Assembly (NCBI RefSeq): GCF_000143415.4
Contig: NW_003314272.1
Coordinates: 2,753,728-2,817,727, forward strand
DNA length: 64,000 bases
DNA from: Selaginella moellendorffii
Taxonomy: Eukaryota > Plantae > Lycopodiophyta
Direction of reading: 5' to 3'
Of the stretch, positions 1-11,669 are shown piece after piece (position 1 is the stretch's first letter; each line of letters starts with the position of its first letter). The notes beneath the pieces were generated by a model, which saw nothing but the letters and a program-made list of their open reading frames with translations, ran no database searches and had not been told where the DNA came from. The position numbers and the translations under genes are program-made.

Positions 1-18
1 GTGCTTTCAGGTCCCAAC

Positions 19-379
19 TGTCAGGAATCCCCCAATTCTTGCCACATTCCTGACTCTCGCCGGATTCCTGACCTGCAGACCACATTCCTGACTCTCGAGA
101 CACTTCTCTATTCTTGACTCTCGAGACACTTCCCGATTCCTGAGTCTCGAGCCACATTCCTGATGATGATGTGGCGCCTCCTCGACCTCAGCTGTATTTA
201 GGCTGTCCTCGATCCAAGAGTGGTGGAGCTTCATCAACCTATAGTATATATAGGTTAGCCTTGTTCCATTTCTCCACAATCTGAATCAACACCAGTCTAA
301 GGCCTCTTCTTTGTTTTCACTAGCTTTTTCTCTTTGTCTTTAGCATTTTCCAGTCTTGATCTTGTTGGGGGTCTTGACA
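19..379 (+). repeat. 5' LTR of element A (361 bp)
   Basis: TGTCAGG...TTGACA; U3 has repeated ATTCCTGA(CTCTCG) motifs; TATATATA at about 245-252. Confidence 0.95.
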
Positions 380-381
380 GT

Positions 382-396
382 TTGATTCAGATTGTG
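382..396 (+). promoter_or_regulatory. Self-priming primer-binding site of element A
   Basis: TTGATTCAGATTGTG is the exact reverse complement of LTR 275-289; no TGG tRNA-type PBS present. Confidence 0.8.
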
Positions 397-476
397 TTTT
401 TTGCTTTTCTTTTAGCTTGTTTTGATTATTTGATTGCCTTTGTCTTTTCCCCCCTTTCTTTTCTTTCTTCTTGCCA

Positions 477-1448
477 ATGGAGTCTCCAAGCCATCCTGAT
501 TTCTTTGCCGAAGTCCTTGCAAAAATCCAGTCTGAGAATACCGAGCTGAAGGCGACCCTTCTTCGCATGCAGCAGGAGCTTGCTTCACTTTCCGCTCAAG
601 GATCCAGCAAAGTTCCTGAACCGAAGGTGAGTTTCCCGGCGAAATTTTCAGGCAAGCGTTCGGAGCTTCGTGGATTTTTGAATCAAATGGAGCTGATCTT
701 TGCACTTCAACATCGGCGGTACCCCACTCCCGAGTCTCAAATCGGCGCGATTGGGACGTTGCTCGAGGGTGCAGCTTTGTCATGGTTTTCTCCTCTTCTG
801 GAGAAGAGCATGAAAGGGGTCGTGGTTCCGGAGCTGATGGATCTTCAATTGTTCAAAGAGAAGCTCGAAGCATGTTTTGGCGAGACGGATCGGGTTCGGG
901 CTGCTACCACAAAGATGAGACGTCTCTCTCAGGGGTCTCGTCCTGCCTCGATCTACGCTGCAGAGTTCCAACTCCTTGCCTTGGACACTCAGTGGGATGA
1001 GCGGGCCCTGATTGACCAATTTCGTTTCGGCCTCAACAACGGTGTCAAGGATTTGTTGCTCACCATGGAGGATCCCAAGGACCTGTCGGACGCCATCAAC
1101 AAAGCTGTTCGATGTGACAATCGTCTCTTTGAACGTCGTCAGGAAAGTCGCCGCGCAGCTGTTTTTCCGTCCCAGACTCAGGAATCCCAGCTTGAGTCTT
1201 CGGGGCATAGTCCTGAACCTACTGCTCCGGTCCCGATGGATATTTCTGGTACTCCCCGACTCATTAGAGGGAAGTTGAGTCCTGCTGAGAGGCAACGTCG
1301 AATATCTCATAATCTTTGCCTCTACTGTGCTGATCCTAATCACAAAGCAGCTGTGTGTCCCAGGAAGCCTCCCCGATTGCTCGAGTTCACTCTACCTCAA
1401 AGTCCACCACTGTTGCAGTCGGGAAACGACCCTGTCCAAACAGAGTAG
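477..1448 (+). CDS. gag: Gag (retrotransposon gag plus CCHC knuckle) of element A
   Basis: PAKFSGKRSELRGF motif, LSQGSRPASIY MHR-like segment, CLYCADPNHKAAVC zinc knuckle. Confidence 0.93.
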   Translation: MESPSHPDFFAEVLAKIQSENTELKATLLRMQQELASLSAQGSSKVPEPKVSFPAKFSGKRSELRGFLNQMELIFALQHRRYPTPESQIGAIGTLLEGAALSWFSPLLEKSMKGVVVPELMDLQLFKEKLEACFGETDRVRAATTKMRRLSQGSRPASIYAAEFQLLALDTQWDERALIDQFRFGLNNGVKDLLLTMEDPKDLSDAINKAVRCDNRLFERRQESRRAAVFPSQTQESQLESSGHSPEPTAPVPMDISGTPRLIRGKLSPAERQRRISHNLCLYCADPNHKAAVCPRKPPRLLEFTLPQSPPLLQSGNDPVQTE

Positions 1449-1505
1449 GAGCTGTCTGTTTGGACTCCCCAAATAAAAATCACTTTTCTTCCTTATCAAG
1501 CTCCT
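1421..1505 (+). promoter_or_regulatory. -1 programmed ribosomal frameshift signal (G GGA AAC plus H-type pseudoknot)
   Basis: Slippery heptamer 1421-1427 in gag phase; stem 1 1434-1444/1455-1465; stem 2 1447-1453/1499-1505; pol lies in the -1 frame. Confidence 0.8.
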
Positions 1506-4500
1506 CACCACCTTTCATCAAAGCCACCACCAATTCCCGCAACTTCCGCGTCCCATGTCTCCTTTCTTTCACCGAACAATCAGGACTCAAGGCTTTGGCG
1601 CTACTGGACTCGGGTGCAACTTCCTGCTTCATGGACACGGACTTTGCTGCCCGACATCACGTTCCTCTTTCTCCTACCATACGGGATCTGAGGGTTGAAG
1701 GCATCGGCGGGCATTTTGTGTCTCCATCTTCTGGACTTAGGGAAACGTTGCCCGTTCGAGTACACATCGGGTCCACCGTCACCGATATCGCCTTCAACAT
1801 CATCAACAGCAAGTCTTCCTCTGTGGTGCTCGGTCTTCCTTGGTTCCAACTACATCAGCCTTAGATTTGTTGGAAGGACTTACAGCTCATCTCTCCCACA
1901 TCACCATCTCCCACGGCTTCCCCTGGTGTTCATCGAGTCCGAATCAGGAAAAGTTCCCTAAACTCAAGTCGGGGTTCTGTTCCTGACTCTACACAGTTTT
2001 CATCCTCTTCTTTTTTCTCTCTTCCATATTACACTGGACAGTATCCTCGTCTCATCATTCCATTTAGTCGTACTCCTCCTATCTCCACAATCACTATGAA
2101 AGAACTCCTTCATGAAGAACCTCTTTTTCTTTTTGCTTTGCATGTTTCTCCTGTCAGTCTTCCTGAGAAGTATCATGATTTTGGGGATGTGTTTGACAAG
2201 AAAAAAGCTAGTGTACTGCCTGTTCATCGGCCTTATGATTGTCCCATTGATTTACAGGAAGGAGCGTCACCTTCGTGGGGGCCTATCTACGGGTTATCCC
2301 CGTCCGAGCTTAAGGCCCTCAAAGAGTACGTGGATGAGAACCTTGCCTCGGGCTACATTCAGCATTCGCAGTCCCCGGCTGGAGCGCCTGTCTTCTTTGT
2401 CAAGAAGAAGGATGGGAGCTTGCGGCTAGTCATCGACTACCGAGGTTTGAACAAGGTGACTGTTCGGAACCGTTATCCACTGCCCCTGATCTCGGACCTG
2501 TTGGAACGCCTCGGCGGTGCCCGCTTCTTCACCAAGATCGACCTCCGTGGAGCATACAACCTGATCCGGATCCGGCCTGGTGATGAATGGAAGACTGCGT
2601 TCCGAACCCGCTATGGCCACTTCGAGTACACTGTCATGCCATTTGGCTTGACAAATGCTCCAGCGGTTTTCCAACACATGGCGAACGACGTTTTTCGGGA
2701 GTTTTTTGATCAGATGGTGATCGTCTACCTCGATGACATCCTCATCTACTCAAAAACTCAGGAGGAGCATGACGAACATGTTCGCAAGGTGCTAGCGAAG
2801 CTGCGAGAACACAGCCTATACGCGAAGCTTGAGAAATGTTCCTTTGATCAGCAGTCTGTGGAGTTCCTTGGGTACATTGTCACTCCTGAGGGTATCATGA
2901 TGGATCCTGCAAAAGTCAAGACTATTCTCGAATGGGAGCCTCCACAATCAATGTCAGACGTTCAGGTTTTCCTTGGCTTTGCCAACTTCTACCGCAAATT
3001 CATTGATCACTACTCTGACATTGTCCTTCCTCTCACACATCTCACTCGCAAGGATGTTCCCTTCTCTTGGTCTGCTGCTGCCCAGCAGGCTTTCGACACA
3101 CTCAAGGCGGCCTTCAGTTCTGCTCCTGTCTTGATCCATGCTGATTCCTCACAACCTTTCTTCATCGAGGCTGACGCCTCCGACTTTGCCATTGGTGCTG
3201 TGCTATCTCAACTCGGAGCGGATCACGAACTTCATCCGGTCGCTTTCCATTCTCGGAAATTCCAGCCTGCGGAGATCAATTACGAAATCCACGACAAGGA
3301 GCTTCTTGCCATCGTGGATTCCTTTGGAGAGTGGCGCCGTTTCTTGGAGGGGGCGAGCCATCAAACAACAGTCTGGACGGATCACAAAAATCTCGAGTAC
3401 TTTGCCACTTCCCGAGTTTTAAGCCGTCGTCAAGCAAGGTGGGCACAATTCCTGAGTCGGTTTGACTTTGTTATCAAGTACAGACCTGGAAAGTTTCAAG
3501 GCCTTCCTGATGCTCTTTCAAGGCGCTCCTATCTCAGTCTCAGGCCTGGTAATCCTGCCTTCGATCAACAGGATCAAGTTATCCTTGGTCCTGATCGGCT
3601 TCAAGTTATGGCAATTTCCCTGGCCCCTCAGGACTCCTCCTTGATGGATGCAATCAGAAACGATCTTCAATCCGATGATCTCGCTAGCGACATTTTTCCC
3701 CATCTTCAGGCTGGACACCCAGTGACTCCCGACTGCCGGCGATTTGACGAGTTCGAGTTCTTAGATGGCTTATTGTACCGTGGGGAGCAGCTTTACGTTC
3801 CTGAAGGTGATGCTCGAAGGTTGATCCTGATGGCGTGCCACGATAGCCCGACTGCTGGTCACTTTGGCATTGCGAAAACCTATGAGCTAGTTGCACGGGA
3901 CTTTTGGTGGCCTCACATGGACGACTACATCAAAGCTTTTGTTACCTCCTGTGACACTTGTGCCCGGAATAAGGTACCTCGCCACCTTCCTTCAGGTTTG
4001 CTTCGTTCCCTTCCGGTCCCTTCAGGTCCTTGGGAATCCATCTCCATGGATTTCTTGAGTGATCTTCCGAGTTCTGGAGGCTTCAACAGCATTTTAGTCG
4101 TGGTGGATCGCTTCACAAAGATGGCGCACTTCTTGCCATGTACCAAGGAGTTTTCGGGCGAGGACATGGCAAAACTGGTATTCAGGGAAATTTTCCGACT
4201 TCATGGGATTCCTACAGATGTGGTTTCGGATCGGGGGCCTCAGTTCATCTCTCATTTCTGGCAACGGTTTTTGCAGTTGCTTGGAGTGAAGGCCAACCTC
4301 TCTTCGGCATATCATCCTCAAACTGATGGGCAGTCCGAGCGAATGATTCAGACATTGGAACAATTCTTGAGGTGCTTCATCAACTATCATCAGGATAACT
4401 GGTTCGATATCCTTCCCCTTGCTGAGTTCTCCTATAACAACTCTGTTCACTCCTCTCTTCGACTTTCCCCCTTCTTTGCGAACTCTGGCTGAAATCCCCG

Positions 4501-5191
4501 ATTCAATCTCTCACTTCCTTCTCCATCTGAATCCTCTCGTTCAAATCCCCGCTCTGAATCATTTCTCTCCAACCTTCAGGAAATCCACAACTCCATCTCC
4601 TTCCACCTCCATCGTGCTCAGGAATCTCATAAAACATTTGCCAATGTCCATCGTCAGGATTGTCCCCCTTACAATATCGGGGATAAAGTCTGGCTCCTCA
4701 GGCGAAATATCTCCACCACTAGGCCCTGTCCAAAACTCGATTTCAAACGCCTTGGTCCTTTCCCTATCACTGCCATCATTAATCCTGTCACTTATCGCCT
4801 TGCACTTCCCTCCTCATATCAAATTCACCCCGTTTTTCACTCCTCTCTCCTTGAGCCTTATATTCCCAGTCCTATTCCAAATCGGGTCATTCCTCCGCCT
4901 CCACCAGTGCAGCTCGAGGATGGGTCTGAGTATGAGGTTCAGGACATCCTTGATTCCAAGATTTCACGATCTAAACTCTACTATCTGGTGGACTGGAAGG
5001 GTTACGGACCTGAGGAACGCACTTGGGAACCTGCGGACAACCTGATTCATTCTCCTGACCTTGTTCAGGACTTCCACCGCCGCTATCCTTCTCGTCCCAG
5101 TCCTCATTCTTTTTCTCCATCTCCCATCCCTCGCCGCTCATCTCATCCTCCTCTTCGTTCTCGTTCACATCCTCGTTCCACTCGTTCTTGA
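1421..5191 (+). pseudogene. pol: Pol (protease-RT-RNase H-integrase-chromodomain) of element A, one frame with two nonsense codons
   Basis: LLDSGAT protease, YLDD RT, ADASD RNase H, HHCC and DDE integrase, GPF motif, YEVQDILD...WKGYGPEERTWEP chromodomain; ORFs 1355, 2096 and 4907 share one frame with stops at 1862-1864 and 4490-4492. Confidence 0.92.
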
Positions 5192-5202
5192 GGAGGGGGT
5201 GC
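5190..5202 (+). promoter_or_regulatory. Polypurine tract of element A
   Basis: GAGGAGGGGG immediately upstream of the 3' LTR. Confidence 0.85.
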
Positions 5203-5563
5203 TGTCAGGAATCCCCCAATTCTTGCCACATTCCTGACTCTCGCCGGATTCCTGACCTGCAGACCACATTCCTGACTCTCGAGACACTTCTCTATTCCTG
5301 ACTCTCGAGACACTTCCCGATTCCTGAGTCTCGAGCCACATTCCTGATGATGATGTGGCGCCTCCTCGACATCAGCTGTATTTAGGCTGTCATCGATCCA
5401 AGAGTGGTGGAGCTTCATCAACCTATAGTATATATAGGTTAGCCTTGTTCCACTTCTCCACAATGTGAATCAACACCAGTGTAAGGCCTCTTCATGGTGT
5501 TCACTAGCTTTTTCTCGTTGTCTTTAGCATTTTCCAGTCTTGATCTTGTTGGGGGTCATGACA
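5203..5563 (+). repeat. 3' LTR of element A (361 bp)
   Basis: Aligns without gaps to 19-379 with about 11 substitutions. Confidence 0.95.
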
Positions 5564-7912
5564 CCAACATATGCCATTGCTCAACTTCACAGATTGATAC
5601 TTTGATTGAACTTTGCATAAGTACATAGAGTTCTGCCTTGTAGAAATTCCTCCACTAGATCTCACACGTTCGCTAGGTTCTCCTTCGGTTCCCATGTTGC
5701 TTTGTAATGTGGAAATCCTTTCCACTTCACATGGAACTCTCTCACCTCGTGTCCTTGTCGCTTGCTCTTGTGTGCATTGAGGATAGCCTCGACTTCGTAT
5801 TCCTCTTCCCTTTTGATAACCTTAGGTAAAAGTTTTACTTGGTCCTTGCGAAGTAAATCCTCAAAATACGGCTTGAGTAAGTTCACGTGGAACACTAGGT
5901 GCATCTTCCCTATCTCTCAAGGAAGTCAGAGATGGTAAGCCACTTTACTGATTCGTGCTTCAATCTCGTAAGGCCCCGTGAACCTGCTTAAGGAACTCAA
6001 GATCAATTCATTTATAAGAATACATGCATTTTTACCTCTGGGTCAACTTCCGGCTGATCCCATTTGGTAGCCTGAGGTTTTTGGTGTACAACCACACCTT
6101 CTCCCTAACTTGGAACTCTACATCTCGGCGCTTCTAGTTTGTGTACTTGGTTTGCCTTTGTTGAGCCCGTTCCAAAGAATCCCTCACTAGATTCTAAATG
6201 TTGAGTTTTTCCGCCGTGAATGCCTCCACTACAAGTAACTTTCCATGATACTCGGCCACACCGAGTTTTACAGGACCTTCAATAGGTTGCCCATTGATGA
6301 CTTCCCATGGACTCACCCCGATACTCGAGTGTGGTGAATTGTTATAGTACATTTCCGCAAGTCCCAAATGACTTACCCAATCGGTATGGTCTCCCGAGAC
6401 ATAGCATCGCAAATAATCCTTTAACTGCTTATTCACCTTTTCTGTTTGTCCATCTATCATGAAGTGTTAGTGCCATCCAACTTGACTTAATACCCAATAC
6501 CTGTCTAGGGGTGATAGGCTGTGCTGAATTTCAATTTGGTGCGATACTGTTCCAGGAGAGTTCTTTAGAATCTCATGGTGAAGATCTTATCTCGATTTGA
6601 GATGATCTCTTCTAGCCTTCCCCGCACTCGAACTACTTATTCGAAGAACAGCTTCGCCACATCTTCCGCACCCACTTCCGTTGTGGTGGGTATGAAATGT
6701 GCCATTTTTGAAAATCGGTCCACCACCACGAATATAGCATCAAACCTCTCACTTGGGGGGAGTCCCGTGATGAAGTCCATCGTAAGATATTTCCATGGAC
6801 GATCTGGAATTGGGATGCTTTGTAACAAGCCCCCACTAGCCTTAGTCACAGCTTTGACCTGCTGATATGTTGGACATGTCTTTATATAGTCTTAGATGTC
6901 CTTAACCATATCTGGCCAGTGGTATTTCCTCTTGAGTAAGCTCATCGTTTTGGGCACTCTGCCATGTCCTGCAATAGGTCTGTCATGACACTCTTCTAAG
7001 GCTACCTTCCTTAGTTCCTCTTCTAGAACATACACCCTCATTTGTTTGTAATAGATGAGTCCATTGCGTTCTGCATAGCCCATTTTCTCTTTCGTTGGCA
7101 GCTCATCTCTTTGGTGAGCTTCCCATGCCTCTAGATTCCTCAACAACACTTCTTGTGCTAGACCATCATTCTTATATGTTGTCCGCACATCATCCCAAAA
7201 GGTTGTTGTCGTGCTGGATATCGCCAACTTCAAGCTCGCTTTTCGACTTAGCGCATTCACCATGAGGTTGCTCTTCCCAAGCTTGTACAGAATCTCATAA
7301 TCAAACTCGGCCAAAGTATTGGCCCACCGACCCTGTTTTCCTCTCTGGTTGGGCTATGACAAGAAGTGTTTCATTGCCACATTGTCCATGTAAACCTTGA
7401 AGTGTCTCCCAAGGTAGTGTTGCCACTCCTTGAACGCCTTGATCACCACAAATAATTCCTTCTTGTGGGTAGGCCACTTTCGTTGAGCCTTGTCCAACGT
7501 CTTTGAGAAGAACGCTACTGGATGGTTGTATTGCTTCAAAACTGTGCCCAACGCAAAGTCTGAAGCATCCATTTCTACCTCAAAATCCTTACCAAAGTCT
7601 GGTAACGCCAACACGGGAGCCTTCCTCAACTTCCCCTTGAGGTGGACAAATGTTGCCTCATATTCTGCTGTCCATACCATCTTCCCTTTTCCCATTTGGT
7701 CTGTTAAGGGCAGGGTTACTCTCGAATAGTGTCTGATAAACTTTCGATAGTAGTTGCATAGCCCCAAGCATGCCCTTAACTCGTGTACATTCGATGGTCA
7801 CTCTCAATCCTGGATCGCTTGGACCTTCTCAGAGTCCACCTTGAGCCCGTCCTTGCCCACCACATGCCTGAGAAATTTTACCTTTTGTTGAGCAAAGTCA
7901 TATTTGCTCTCT

Positions 7913-8012
7913 NNNNNNNNNNNNNNNNNNNNNNNNNNNNNNNNNNNNNNNNNNNNNNNNNNNNNNNNNNNNNNNNNNNNNNNNNNNNNNNNNNNNNNNN
8001 NNNNNNNNNNNN
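7913..8012. other. Assembly gap (100 N)
   Basis: Run of N. Confidence 0.99.
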
Positions 8013-10530
8013 TTGGGGCAAAGTCAACATTTGCTCTTCTTTAGCATACAGGCTAGGATTACCTTAGTTTTCCAAACACCTTTGTCAAGGGTTTGGTATG
8101 CTCCTCTACCATTTTGCTATAGATCAAAATGTTGTTAATATCCACAAAGTAATCCAGATAAGGTACAAAGATGTGGTTCATCAATGCCAAAAATGTTGCC
8201 GGCACATTGTATAGCCCAAAGGGCATCACCAAAAACTCAAAGCTCCCATACCTTGTTCGACAGGTTGTCTTCTTGACATCTTCCTCTACTACCCTGATTT
8301 TATAGTATCCTAACCTTAGGTCAATCCTCAAGAAGTATTTTGCATTTCCCAACCTATCGAACAGGTCCTCAATCCTTGGCAAAGGGTACTTATTCTTCTT
8401 TGTATACTTGTTGAGCAACCGGTAGTCTATGCATATGTGTATAGATCCATCTTTCTTTTTTACAAATAACATCGGCGCCCCATATGGCGACTTGCTCAAC
8501 CTAACATACCCTTTGTCCACCAACTCTTCTAGTTGGCGCTTGAGCTCCTTGAGTTCCTTTTCATTCAAACGATAGGGGGACGAACCACCACCTCAACACC
8601 CTCGACCAGCTCAATTTTATGGTCTATCATTCGTGCGGGGGGCAACCCTGCTGGTAGCTCCTCTGGCATGGTATCCTAGAATTGGTCCAACACCCACTAG
8701 ATCATTAACGGTACTTCTTCCATTCCCATCTTTTTGTCACTCTTCACCGAGAGTAAGCACAAAAATGCTACCTTGGTTCCTTTAGTGAGTTGTCCTCTCG
8801 TGGACACCAGGTTTAGGCAGGAATCTTTGGCCTTGCATTGCCCTACCTTTACATCCTGGGCCCTCACCTTGGATCTTCTTCCTTGGGCATTCGCTAGTAC
8901 CACAAGGTTCTTACCTTGTCCATGCAAGGCTACCACAAACTGATTGAACCAATCCATCCCAAAGATTATGTCAAATCCCGCCATGCCCAACACGGTAAAA
9001 TCCATGTCTACTTTCCATGTCCCTATGTCAACTCTCACTTGTCGAAGTACTTCATCAGTGCTTTGGCTACCTTGAACAAACTCTATAATCCTTGGTTCGC
9101 CCAGCCGCTACACCGTTAGTCTGACTTGCCGGACTATGTTTACAGCCACAAAATTATCCAAAGCACCCATGTCAATAAATATCTTAACAAAACTACCTCT
9201 AAGCTTCCCTTGGAGAGCTAGTAGATGTTGCGAATGACTCTCTACCAAAGTTGCTCGTGTAATAAGTAACTTTGAGTTATGGACTGGATCACGTACCTCA
9301 TTTTGGATTTCACCCGACTTAATTGCCATATTGGCTTTGGCCTTCTTCAGGTAGGGTCTCTCAAGAAGTGTCCCGCTTCACCGCAGTTGTAGCATATGTT
9401 GTTTCCCACGTTACTAGTCGACTTGCCCTTTTTATCCGTGGGTTTGTTTTGTTTTGCTTGACTCCCCCACGTACTCACTTGCTAGCCACCGGATCTACCT
9501 TTCCAGAACCCCGAGGACTCATTCTTAGAGAAACTCTTCTTGAATTTCCCTTTGCTATATATTCCCCTTGGTTTGGCCCCTTTGCTAAACGTGGACCCCG
9601 ACTATCATGTTCCCCTTTGGCAGGTTATCATTGAAATGCACCTTGATAGCCGCATCCAACGCTTCCTTGTAGTTGGGCAAGTTCTAATGCATCACCTTGC
9701 CACGAGCCCAGGTTTGCAAACCTAATATGAAGGCATGAAATGCATCCATATCACCCATATTTGTGACCAGTATCCTCTTTGCCATAAACCCATTCACATA
9801 CTTTTGAATGGTTTCAGTCTGCTTTAGCCTACTCAGCTCATCTCTTAGGTGTAGAGTAGCATTCGGAGGAACGTATGTCGCACGGATCCTTGCCTTCATC
9901 ATTTCCTAAGTGGACACCGGTCCTTTGTTGGCCTTCATCGTTTACCACCAAGACTTGGCATTATCTGCCAAGTATAGTTTTGCATATGGGACCTTCTCTG
10001 AGCTCGGTAACTGCAACGCTCGGAAGTAGTCCTCCATATCATAAAACCAATCCTCCACCTTATAATTATTCACTCCCTTGAAGACCGGTGGGGGCTTTGG
10101 TTTGTACTTTGGAACTACTTAAGGGACTGATTCCACTTCGGTCTATTCAATCTTGTTTGGTTCTACCTCAGTCCCTACTGAAGGGTCCGCACCTTCTGTG
10201 CTGCCAGCATCCGTAATCTTTTGCTTTTTCTTCTGCTTCTCGTCACGCTTTAGCTTGTGTACCAGAGTCTCCAGCAGGGCATTAATTTGTGCCAATTGTC
10301 CTTCTAGAACGTCCAATCGAGCTTTGTACAACTAAACCTCGCCACCGGACTCCTGTTTAGAAGTTTCTTCACTAGAGTCCTTCTCATGCAAGGAGTCCTC
10401 ATCCATAGCCTCTTGTTTCACCGGAGGCTCCAGCTCTGGCGGGGATTCCATCTTTGCCTTGGTTCATTTATGCCCTGCCTTTGCCATCTCCCAGCAATCT
10501 GCCTCTATCCTTCGCTAGAACTGAGGAAAA

Positions 10531-10543
10531 GGCTCCAATACTA
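10531..10543 (-). promoter_or_regulatory. Degenerate tRNA-iMet PBS of element B
   Basis: TAGTATTGGAGCC versus canonical TGGTATCAGAGCC, 3 nt after the LTR end; the paralogous copy at 12557-12569 reads TGGTATTGGAGCC. Confidence 0.7.
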
Positions 10544-10546
10544 AAT

Positions 10547-11654
10547 TGTAAGCCACAAATTTTTTCCTTTCCAACTTGCCAGCTTACCTCGTTTATCTGA
10601 CTAACACTGCCTTGGCTTTAGCTAAGTTCCCTCGCCAAGGTTCCCGCCTATGGTACAAGCTCCTACTTGGTCCTACTTGGTTTCAGCTACTCACTACATG
10701 AGCAACAGAGCGTTAGCCATCTATCCACGGATTCCCAAATCTCTCCCAATCCCCCTCCCCAGGTTAGACTAAACTTAAGGTTTGGTTACACTTCCCGCAA
10801 GCACAAACAACCAAGCATACCAAGCCTCCAGGTTCCTAACATCTCTTGGTACCACAAGACTTGATCATAGGACCCTCTAAATCCCAAGTCTTGGGTGCAA
10901 CACATGCTTCGGGACGCCAGGGCAAAACACCATGGCTTAACAGCCCGGTATAGGTACCTCTACCCCCCCACGTCCATCCTGAAGGGAAGGCCCGAGCCCC
11001 TAAGAAGGGTAAGGACCAATGAGCCACAAGGTACTCAAATGGGGCACCACTCCACATGAACCGAGAGCACTGCAATTGGTTTCTCTTTCAGGAGTGGGAG
11101 TTGCTCTTGAGCACTTCTTTGGGTGGCCTCTCCGGCACCACCCAAGTCCATGCTCACTCCCACCCAAGGCCCCTTGGCCCCAGTCTCAACCTCAAGTCAG
11201 TTTGGAAGCACCACTAAAGAGTTCTTTCAAGATTGGTTCCTGAACCTCACTATCTCGGACTCGATCTCGGACCCGACTTCGGACTCGGTCTCGAACTCGA
11301 CTTCAGACTCAGTTTCGGACTCGATCTTGGACTCAATCTCGGACTCGATCTCGGACCCGACTTCGGACTCGGTCTCGAACTCGACTTCAGACTTGGTTTC
11401 GGACTCGATCTTGGACCCGGTCTCAGACTCGACTTCAGACTCGACCTCGGACTTGGTCTCGGACCCGGTCTCGGATCTCGGACTCTGTCTCGAACTCGAT
11501 CTCGAACTTGGTCTCTGAGTCAGCCTCAGACTCGATCCCGGACTCTATCTCAAAATCGGTCTCAGAGTCGGTCTTGGACTCGATCTCAGACTCGGTCCCA
11601 TCCGATGAACTATTTGTCATTTTGGTCATGCTTTCAGGGATCCTTTAGCCTACA
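10547..11654 (-). repeat. Putative 5' LTR of element B (about 1.1 kb)
   Basis: Termini TGTAAGC (10547) and GCCTACA (11654) form LTR-type terminal inverted repeats; adjacent to the PBS. Confidence 0.65.
11252..11600. repeat. CpG-rich minisatellite (6/12-bp TCGGAC/TCGATC units with an 84-bp higher-order duplication)
   Basis: 11252-11335 and 11336-11419 are nearly identical; degenerate hexamers continue to about 11600. Confidence 0.9.
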
Positions 11655-11669
11655 ACACCTCGGGGAGTT

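Larger units (their letters stand above)
19..5563 (+). mobile_element. Ty3/gypsy chromovirus LTR retrotransposon, element A (Tcn1/Tf1-sushi-like), full length
   Basis: Direct-repeat LTRs 19-379 and 5203-5563 (TG...CA), 5-bp TSD CCAAC at 14-18 and 5564-5568, PPT before the 3' LTR, gag-PR-RT-RH-IN-chromodomain order. Confidence 0.97.
5569..11654 (-). mobile_element. Degenerate Ty3/gypsy chromovirus, element B (tRNA-iMet primed), interrupted by element A; 3' end lies left of the window
   Basis: Minus-strand fragments of gag (9300-10480), protease (FIDMGA), RT (8059-8568), RNase H (7354-7767), integrase (6194-7314) and chromodomain (YEVEAIL...VKWKGFPHYKATWEP, 5690-5810) with many stops and frameshifts. 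Confidence 0.92.

Noticed and set aside
4419-5045. 208-aa alternative-frame ORF in the integrase C-terminus
   Set aside because: Pyrimidine-rich shadow of the pol frame
11252-11600. CRISPR-like array
   Set aside because: Contiguous tandem units with no unique spacers; eukaryotic context with no cas genes
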